From the NCBI GenBank assembly GCA_017515425.1, contig JAFWFU010000031.1, forward strand, positions 581 through 64,580: DNA of 64,000 nucleotides. Reading direction: 5' to 3'. Position numbers and translations under genes: made by a program. The first letter of the stretch is position 1, and each line of letters begins with the position of its first letter. The stretch is from Mogibacterium sp. Lineage in GTDB: Bacteria > Bacillota > Clostridia > Peptostreptococcales > Anaerovoracaceae. A model generated the notes under the pieces. The model did not search any database. It was not told the origin of the DNA and was given only the letters and a program-made list of their open reading frames with translations. Positions 57,169 through 64,000 of the stretch are shown piece after piece.

Positions 57169-57771
57169 ATGGAAAGGGAATATGCCATATACGGCGGGAC
57201 ATTCGACCCCGTGCATAATGGACATATTGCATTGGCTAAGGCTGCCGTCAGAGAATGCGGGCTGGACAGGCTAATATTCATGCCCGACTATATATCCCCC
57301 TTTAAACAGGATAGCAAGGCAGCCTCGGCTGAGGACAGATATGCAATGCTGAGAGGCATACTTCATTATGATGAGGCATTTGCATTATCAAGCTATGAGA
57401 TTTTAAGGGAAGGACCGTCCTATACCATTGAGACTCTCGAGTTTTGGGAGAATATCATTGAAGGGCGGCTTAGCTTCGTCCTCGGCTTTGACTCACTCCT
57501 GGAAGTCGATACATGGAAGAGAGGTGGGGATATACTTCGCGGCTTTCCCCTTATAACGGCGAGACGCCCAGGCTCTGATGATGACAAGGGAATTGCCAAG
57601 ATAGAAATGTTTAGGAGCGAATACGGGGCTGATATAAGGCTTTTAAGCATGGAGCCCATAGAGGCTTCATCATCTGAGATAAGAAAGAGGATAAAAGAGG
57701 GGCGGAGCATTTCGGATATGCTCATGCCTGAAACAGAGGAGTATATAATTGAGCATGGTCTGTATAGATAG
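57169..57771 (+). CDS. nadD: Nicotinate-nucleotide adenylyltransferase
   Basis: GGTFDPVHNGH motif and ISSSEIR-like SSSEIRKRI. Confidence 0.92.
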   Translation: MEREYAIYGGTFDPVHNGHIALAKAAVRECGLDRLIFMPDYISPFKQDSKAASAEDRYAMLRGILHYDEAFALSSYEILREGPSYTIETLEFWENIIEGRLSFVLGFDSLLEVDTWKRGGDILRGFPLITARRPGSDDDKGIAKIEMFRSEYGADIRLLSMEPIEASSSEIRKRIKEGRSISDMLMPETEEYIIEHGLYR

Positions 57772-58336
57772 AGAGGCTCTTGATTTCTTTATGAAGGACT
57801 CTCTTGATGAAAACAGATATAGACATTCTCTCGGAGTCTCTCAAATGGCAGCACATTTGGCTGAAATATACGGCGCAGACGTTGAAAAGGCTGAATTTGC
57901 CGGACGCTACCACGATATTGCAAAATGCTTTGACCGAGAGCATATGAATGAGATGATCCGCAAATACGGACTGCCTGACGAGTATATTGACAATCCGGCT
58001 CTCGCTCATTCAAAGGTGGCTGCCGAGATACTTAAAAATGACTTCGGGGTCAGCGATGAGGACGTGCTGAATTCTATTCGCTCTCATACGACCGCCAGAG
58101 TCGACATGTCGCTTTTGGAAGAGATAGTCTATGTGGCTGACGCCATAGAGGATAATAGAAATTATCCGCAGCTAAAGGCTCTCCAAAAACAGGCGGAGAC
58201 TGACTTAGACGGCGTTTGTCTGATAATAATGGATTTCACGATAGGTAAGATATATGAGGCGGGGAGAATTCCCGACAGAACGACGCTTGAAGCCAGAGAA
58301 TGGATTAAAGAAAGGATAGGTAGGAAAGAGAATTGA
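57755..58336 (+). CDS. yqeK: HD-domain bis(5'-nucleosyl)-tetraphosphatase YqeK
   Basis: RYRHSLGVSQMA…YHDIAK HD motifs. Part of the conserved nadD-yqeK-rsfS cluster. The alternative TTG start is at 57749. Confidence 0.85.
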   Translation: MVCIDREALDFFMKDSLDENRYRHSLGVSQMAAHLAEIYGADVEKAEFAGRYHDIAKCFDREHMNEMIRKYGLPDEYIDNPALAHSKVAAEILKNDFGVSDEDVLNSIRSHTTARVDMSLLEEIVYVADAIEDNRNYPQLKALQKQAETDLDGVCLIIMDFTIGKIYEAGRIPDRTTLEAREWIKERIGRKEN

Positions 58337-58677
58337 TGGAAAGCAGGGAAATAGCACAGAAAATTGCGGATACTCTCAGCAATAAGAAGGCGAGCGAAGT
58401 TGTGATGATAGATATTGCGGAGAAGTCATCATTTGCGGATTTCTTCGTTCTTGCAACCGCAGGCTCTGAAAGGCAGATGGGGACTCTCGCAGAAGAGGTC
58501 GAAGATATATTCGAGGAGCTCGGCATAGAGCCAAAGAGCAAGGACGGGCGCCCCGAGACAGGCTGGATATTGGTTGACGGCGGAGATGTTATAGTAAATC
58601 TTTTCACCGAAGAGACCCGCGACAAATATACGCTCGAAAAGATTTGGAATGACTGCGAATCCATAAGGGTTGAATAA
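58336..58677 (+). CDS. rsfS: Ribosome silencing factor RsfS
   Basis: ADFFVLATAGSERQ…WILVDGGDVIVNLF signature and ~113 aa length. Confidence 0.9.
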   Translation: MESREIAQKIADTLSNKKASEVVMIDIAEKSSFADFFVLATAGSERQMGTLAEEVEDIFEELGIEPKSKDGRPETGWILVDGGDVIVNLFTEETRDKYTLEKIWNDCESIRVE

Positions 58678-58759
58678 GATTTTAATAATACATAAACGAC
58701 GTTTGAATAATCTATGTTGTCAGATGACATCATAAACATAAATAATGTAGGAGTTATAG

Positions 58760-61240
58760 ATGAAAGACAGGTATGAATTTAAGGAAATAGAAGCCAAATG
58801 GCAGAAGATTTGGGCTGATGAGAAGGCATTTAAGACCGTAGAGGACGATAGCAAGGAGAAATTCTACGTCCTTGAGATGTTCCCATATCCTTCGGGCAAG
58901 CTCCATATGGGTCATGCGAGGAATTATTCCATAGGCGATGTAATTGCCAGATTTAAGAAGATGGCAGGCTATAATGTCCTTCACCCCATGGGATATGACT
59001 CATTCGGACTCCCTGCCGAAAACGCTGCCATTCAGCATAATGTAGAGCCTGCGAAATGGACATATGAGAATATGGAAGAGATGGACAGGCAGCTTTCAAG
59101 CATGGGGCTTTCCTATGATTGGGATAGGAAGGTAGCCACCTGCAAGCCTGATTATTATAGATGGATGCAGTGGATTTTCATTCAGTTCTACAAAAAGGGC
59201 TTGGCATATAAGAAGGATAATCCTGTAAATTGGTGCCCAAGCTGTAATACCGTGCTCGCGAATGAGCAGGTGGTAGAGGGCAAATGCGAGAGATGTCATA
59301 CAGAGGTGACAAAGAAGAACCTCTCACAGTGGTATCTCAAGATTACCGACTATGCCGACAGACTGCTTGACAATCTCGATAAGCTAGAGGGCTGGCCCGA
59401 CAAGGTCAAGACCATGCAGCGAAATTGGATAGGCAAGAGCTATGGTGCCAATATCGACTTTAGGATAAAGGATTCCGACAAGGTTCTCGAAGTCTTTACC
59501 ACAAGAGCCGACACGCTTTTCGGTGCCACATATATGGTAATGTCTCCCGAACATCCATATGTTGATGAGCTTGTATCGGGCAGCGAGGTCGAGGCTGATG
59601 TCAGGGAATATCAGGAGAGCGTAAAGCATAAGAGCGATATAGAGAGAACTTCCACTACGACCGAAAAGACAGGCGTATTTATCGGAAGATATGCGATAAA
59701 CCCTGTAAACAACAAGGAAATTCCAATCTATATTTCCGACTATGTCCTCATGGGCTATGGTACGGGAGCCATTATGGCTGTTCCCGCACATGACCAGAGG
59801 GACTTTGATTTTGCTAAAAAATTCGGGCTTGAGATCGTACCCGTCGTAGATCCCGAAAACCCGGATATAGACCTCTATGATTTAAAGGAGGCTTTCGTAG
59901 CCGAGGGCAGTATGATAAATTCCGGGAAATTCGACGGAATGAATAATATCCAGGCGATTCCGGCAATGATTGATTGGCTGAACGAGCAAGGAATAGGCGA
60001 CAAGACCGTCAATTTCAGGCTCAGGGATTGGCTCATCTCGCGTCAGAGATATTGGGGTACTCCGATCCCCATGATTTATTGCGAGGACTGCGGCTGGGTT
60101 CCTGAAAAGGAAGAGAATCTCCCCGTTCTGCTTCCTACGGATGTGGAGTTTACGGGCAAGGGTGAGTCCCCGATAGCGAGCAGCAAGACCTTTGTCGATA
60201 CCATCTGCCCTGTCTGCGGAAAGCCTGCTAAGCGCGAGATAGATACCATGGATACCTTCCTTGATTCCTCTTGGTATTACCTCAGATATACGGACGCTCA
60301 TAACGAAAATCTTCCTTTTGCCAAGGAAAAAGCGGACTATTGGATGAAAGTAGACCAATATATAGGCGGAGTGGAACATGCGATACTCCACCTCATGTAT
60401 GCGAGATTTTTCCAGATGTTCCTGCATGATATAGGAATGAGCGATGTGGAAGAGCCATTTGAAAACCTTCTGACCCAGGGCATGGTTATAAAGGACGGAG
60501 CCAAGATGAGCAAATCCCTCGGCAATATAGTAAGTCCCGCTGAGATTCAGGAAAAATACGGCTCTGATACGGCTAGGCTCTTCATACTCTTTGCCGCGCC
60601 GCCGGAGAAGGAGCTCGATTGGTCAGATGAAGGCGTTGAGGGAAGTTTCAGATTCCTTTGCAGGGTTTATAGGCTCATCTATGACTATATTAAGGATATA
60701 AGAGGTGATGAGATTGTCTGTGGCGATTCAGCAGCTCTGACTGAGGCTGATAAAAACCTCAACTATATGATCAATTCCACAATCAAAAAGGTTACTGAGG
60801 ACGTGGGCGGCAGATTTAATTTCAATACTGCCATATCCTCGATAATGGAATTGGTCAATGCAATGTATAAATACAGGAACGGCAAGGAGATAAATCTCCC
60901 ACTGTTCAACAAAGCCGTTGAAACCTTGGTAACAGTCCTCTCTCCATTCACTCCTCATATCTGCGAGGAGCTTTGGACTATGCTCGGACACGAGGACAGG
61001 CTCTATAATAAGGAATGGCCTTCCTATGACGAATCAGCCCTCGTACTCGACGAGATTGAGGTCGTCGTACAGATAAACGGCAAACTAAAAGACAGACTTA
61101 AATTGCCTAATAATACTGAAAAGGAGGTGTCTATAGAAGCCGCAAAATCTCTTGACAGAGTAAAAGCAGAGACTGATGGCAAAGAGATAGTAAAAATCAT
61201 ATTCATACCGAATAAGATAGTCAATTTTGTCGTCAAATAA
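58760..61240 (+). CDS. leuS: Leucine--tRNA ligase
   Basis: [12 protein letters not shown] (HIGH), KMSKSLGN, and a CP1 editing domain. Confidence 0.95.
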   Translation: MKDRYEFKEIEAKWQKIWADEKAFKTVEDDSKEKFYVLEMFPYPSGKLHMGHARNYSIGDVIARFKKMAGYNVLHPMGYDSFGLPAENAAIQHNVEPAKWTYENMEEMDRQLSSMGLSYDWDRKVATCKPDYYRWMQWIFIQFYKKGLAYKKDNPVNWCPSCNTVLANEQVVEGKCERCHTEVTKKNLSQWYLKITDYADRLLDNLDKLEGWPDKVKTMQRNWIGKSYGANIDFRIKDSDKVLEVFTTRADTLFGATYMVMSPEHPYVDELVSGSEVEADVREYQESVKHKSDIERTSTTTEKTGVFIGRYAINPVNNKEIPIYISDYVLMGYGTGAIMAVPAHDQRDFDFAKKFGLEIVPVVDPENPDIDLYDLKEAFVAEGSMINSGKFDGMNNIQAIPAMIDWLNEQGIGDKTVNFRLRDWLISRQRYWGTPIPMIYCEDCGWVPEKEENLPVLLPTDVEFTGKGESPIASSKTFVDTICPVCGKPAKREIDTMDTFLDSSWYYLRYTDAHNENLPFAKEKADYWMKVDQYIGGVEHAILHLMYARFFQMFLHDIGMSDVEEPFENLLTQGMVIKDGAKMSKSLGNIVSPAEIQEKYGSDTARLFILFAAPPEKELDWSDEGVEGSFRFLCRVYRLIYDYIKDIRGDEIVCGDSAALTEADKNLNYMINSTIKKVTEDVGGRFNFNTAISSIMELVNAMYKYRNGKEINLPLFNKAVETLVTVLSPFTPHICEELWTMLGHEDRLYNKEWPSYDESALVLDEIEVVVQINGKLKDRLKLPNNTEKEVSIEAAKSLDRVKAETDGKEIVKIIFIPNKIVNFVVK

Positions 61241-61258
61241 TGCGGCGATATAAAGAAT

Positions 61259-63052
61259 ATGGCAAATACGAATACAAATAATAATAGTAATAACAGCAAT
61301 AAGAATAAAACAAATAATAGGAGAACGGCTGCGGGCAGAAATAAAAAGAGCAGCAGGGCTTCTGCTCCGAAGAAAAGCCCCAAGTCCAAGGCGGTTCAGG
61401 CTACGTTTAAGGTTATTCCTCTCGGGGGACTCAAGGAGATTGGCAAGAACTGCACACTTATAGAATGTAATAACGAGATTCTCATTATCGACTGCGGAAT
61501 GGCTTTCCCTGAATATGAGATGTTCGGCATTGATATTGTAATTCCTGACTTCACATATCTGATTGAGAATTCCCACAAGGTCAAGGGACTGATTATTACA
61601 CATGGACATGAGGATCATATAGGCGGCGTTCCATATCTTCTGAAAGAGATAAGCGTCCCCGTATACGCATCGCCTCTGGCTATGGGAATGATAAGTCATA
61701 AGCTCGAGGAGCATGGGCTCAGCACCGAAAGACATATCATCAAGGCGGGGGATAAGGTCAGAATAGGCGACTTCAAGGTAGAGGCTGTTCAGACCAATCA
61801 CAGCATTGCAGATTCTCTGGCTTATTCGGTGAAATTCCCAGGCGGACATATTTTCCATACGGGGGATTTCAAGGTCGACTATTCGCCGCTTGACGGAAAG
61901 GTGATAGACCTCTCGAGGATAGCCCAGCTTGGTGACGAAGGGGTTGATGTGCTCCTTTGCGACAGCACCAATGCGTTCAGGCAGGGATATACGCCTTCTG
62001 AGGCAGTTGTCAGAAAGTCAATAGATGAGATTTTCAACAATATCGACCGAAGAATAATAATAGCTACATTCGCCTCTAATGTGCATAGGATTAAGTATTT
62101 CATAGAGGCGTCAATGAAGCATGGGCGGAAGATAGCGGTTTCGGGAAGATCCATGGAAAACGTCATGGCTCTTTCAAAGGAGCTCGGCTATATGGACGAT
62201 ATTCCCGAGTCGGTCTTTGTGGACATTAGCAAGATTAAGAATCTTCCCGACAAGAATCTCACGATTATCACGACGGGAAGCCAGGGTGAGCCTATGTCGG
62301 CACTTACTCGCATGGCTTATGATAATCACAAGCAGGTAAAGCTTAAAAAGAATGATGTTGTGGTATTCTCATCATCTCCAATACCCGGGAATGAAAAGGT
62401 GATTTCGCAGGTCGTCAATCAGCTTTACGAAAAGAGGGTCGAGGTCGTATTGGCGTCCGCCATGGATGTTCACGTATCGGGTCATGCCTCATCAGAGGAG
62501 CTTAAACTCATTCATACCCTCATAAGACCGAAGTTCTTCATGCCGGCTCATGGTGAATACAGACATCTTATCGAGCACGCCAAGCTTTCAAATAGGCTCG
62601 GTCAGCCCAAGACGAGGATATTCGTTATGAGTAATGGTGATGCATTGGAGGTAAACGGCAAGAAAGCTTCGATTATCGAGTCCTATACCTCAGGTGAGGA
62701 TATAATGGTGGACGGATATGGAGTCGGAGATGTGGGAAGCAGCGTCCTTAAAGAAAGAAAGACTCTCTCCCAATCAGGACTTATCACTGTATCCGTGGTG
62801 ATAGATCAGGTTTCGGGTGGTCTAATGGCTGAGCCTAAGCTGAATACCAAGGGCTTCGTATATGTTCAGGAAAACCAAAATCTACTCAAGCAGGCGGTAA
62901 GCGTGGTATATAACAGCATTGGTAAATGCTCGGACGAACATACATTGGACGAAGCATCCCTTACCAGGACGATTAAATCCGATATGAAAAAATTTATATA
63001 TGCGGAAACAAAGAGAAATCCCGTGATTATTCCGGTGATAATGTATGTATAG
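61259..63052 (+). CDS. rnj: Ribonuclease J with a ~48-aa Asn/Lys/Ser-rich N-terminal extension
   Basis: IPLGGLKEIGKN, ITHGHEDHIGG metallo-beta-lactamase motif, beta-CASP and C-terminal domain. Confidence 0.92.
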   Translation: MANTNTNNNSNNSNKNKTNNRRTAAGRNKKSSRASAPKKSPKSKAVQATFKVIPLGGLKEIGKNCTLIECNNEILIIDCGMAFPEYEMFGIDIVIPDFTYLIENSHKVKGLIITHGHEDHIGGVPYLLKEISVPVYASPLAMGMISHKLEEHGLSTERHIIKAGDKVRIGDFKVEAVQTNHSIADSLAYSVKFPGGHIFHTGDFKVDYSPLDGKVIDLSRIAQLGDEGVDVLLCDSTNAFRQGYTPSEAVVRKSIDEIFNNIDRRIIIATFASNVHRIKYFIEASMKHGRKIAVSGRSMENVMALSKELGYMDDIPESVFVDISKIKNLPDKNLTIITTGSQGEPMSALTRMAYDNHKQVKLKKNDVVVFSSSPIPGNEKVISQVVNQLYEKRVEVVLASAMDVHVSGHASSEELKLIHTLIRPKFFMPAHGEYRHLIEHAKLSNRLGQPKTRIFVMSNGDALEVNGKKASIIESYTSGEDIMVDGYGVGDVGSSVLKERKTLSQSGLITVSVVIDQVSGGLMAEPKLNTKGFVYVQENQNLLKQAVSVVYNSIGKCSDEHTLDEASLTRTIKSDMKKFIYAETKRNPVIIPVIMYV

Positions 63053-63061
63053 GAGGTCATT

Positions 63062-63388
63062 ATGAATGTATATGACGAGGCTCACAGCCTGGCGAGAGCC
63101 ATTAAGGAATCAAATGAGTTCAAAGAATTCGACAAGGTGAGAAAGGAAGTTGAATCGGATAATGATGTTTCAGCCATGATTGCCGATATGCAAAAGCTTC
63201 AGCTAGAGCTTCAGGCTGCTCAAATCAGCGTCGAGCAGCCGCCTGAGGATTTAATGGGGCGCATTCAGAGCCTGAGCACCATGCTCGCCACCAAGCCTCT
63301 TGCAGCCAGATTTATGCAGACTGAGGCAACGTTCACTATTATGATGAACGATGTGTTTAAGATTATCGGCGACGCTATGGGAATGTAA
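63062..63388 (+). CDS. YlbF/YmcA-family (UPF0342-like) helical regulator protein
   Basis: 108 aa, helical, with AIKESNEFKEFDKVRKEVESD…MQKLQ resembling the YlbF family. It sits next to rnj, which fits the known link between this family and RNA decay. Confidence 0.55.
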   Translation: MNVYDEAHSLARAIKESNEFKEFDKVRKEVESDNDVSAMIADMQKLQLELQAAQISVEQPPEDLMGRIQSLSTMLATKPLAARFMQTEATFTIMMNDVFKIIGDAMGM

Positions 63389-63427
63389 ATAGTTAATACA
63401 ATAATTCTATATATAAGGAGATTTACT

Positions 63428-63991
63428 ATGATTTATGCCAGCGATTTCAGAAAAGGTATTACCTTCGAGATGAACGGGGAGCCTCATGTTGTTCTCGACT
63501 TCCAGCATGTAAAGCCGGGGAAGGGAGCCGCATTCGTAAGGACTAAATACAGAAATATCCTCACGGGTGCCACGAGGGAGGAAGCCTTCAACCCTAATGA
63601 CAAATTCCCAAAGGCTCATATTGAGACCAAGCAAATGCAGTATCTCTATAATGACGGGGAGCTTTATTATTTCATGGATCAGGAGACTTACGATCAGGTT
63701 CCGCTTACAAAGGAGCTCGTCGAGGAAGCCATGAAGTATATCCGCGAGAACGATATTGCTACCGTTAAATTCTATAAGGAAGGAGCGTTCGACGTAGAGG
63801 CTCCTAACTTCGTAGACCTTGAGGTAATTGAGACCGAGCCGGGCATTAAGGGCGATACGGCTACAAATGTAACCAAGGCGGCTACGGTGGAGACAGGTGC
63901 TGTCATTCAGGTTCCAATCTTCATCAACGAAGGCGAGAAGATTCAGATTGATACAAGATCCGGCGAATACCTCGGCAGATCCAAGGAATAA
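63428..63991 (+). CDS. efp: Elongation factor P
   Basis: [20 protein letters not shown] and [24 protein letters not shown] motifs. Confidence 0.95.
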   Translation: MIYASDFRKGITFEMNGEPHVVLDFQHVKPGKGAAFVRTKYRNILTGATREEAFNPNDKFPKAHIETKQMQYLYNDGELYYFMDQETYDQVPLTKELVEEAMKYIRENDIATVKFYKEGAFDVEAPNFVDLEVIETEPGIKGDTATNVTKAATVETGAVIQVPIFINEGEKIQIDTRSGEYLGRSKE

Positions 63992-64000
63992 GGCTGGGCT

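Noticed and set aside
61085-61858. 257-aa minus-strand ORF antisense to the leuS end and rnj
   Set aside because: Same reasoning: it is embedded antisense in conserved genes and has no motif. The related ORF at 61024-61389 is simply the reverse translation of the N/K-rich rnj extension (a poly-Leu/Phe artefact).
1-64000. Search for CRISPR arrays, transposases or integrases, toxin-antitoxin pairs, restriction-modification or other defence islands
   Set aside because: I saw no regularly spaced repeat-spacer arrays, no recombinase or transposase-like ORFs and no defence-type domains in any frame. The window is conserved housekeeping content throughout.

Overview
This window looks like core chromosome from a moderate-GC Bacillota (Clostridia-like) genome. 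It holds about 50 housekeeping genes, and only four are on the minus strand (XRE regulator, GntR regulator, rluD-like, nadK). Gene order on the plus strand: ileS, rlmN, plsX-rnc-smc-ftsY-der-plsY-miaB, cls, M50 protease, nth-DUF2130, pgk-tpiA, secG plus a pyrophosphatase-like membrane protein, buk-pheS-pheT, an acidic ORF followed by dgt-dnaG-sigA-trmK, rnpB, a giant BadF/BcrA-type activase-dehydratase fusion, yebC, a P1 peptidase, polA-coaE, two tRNA-Leu genes, yajC-secDF, relA, MBL hydrolase-hemZ-hisS-aspS-nadD-yqeK-rsfS-leuS-rnj-ylbF-efp. I saw no mobile elements, CRISPR arrays, defence islands or biosynthetic clusters, and no convincing novel multi-gene system. The points worth a second look are smaller in scale: (1) a membrane pyrophosphatase homologue that seems to have lost its acidic catalytic motifs; (2) an unannotated ~180-nt rod-shaped, 6S-like RNA candidate between yebC and the peptidase gene; (3) single-base homopolymer frameshifts in aspS and in the activase fusion gene; (4) a dispersed GC-rich intergenic repeat family showing stem covariation; (5) several phased tandem or palindromic arrays in intergenic regions; (6) low-complexity insertions or extensions in RlmN, the P1 peptidase and RNase J. 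All homology calls come from reading the translated ORFs by eye against remembered family motifs. No searches were run.
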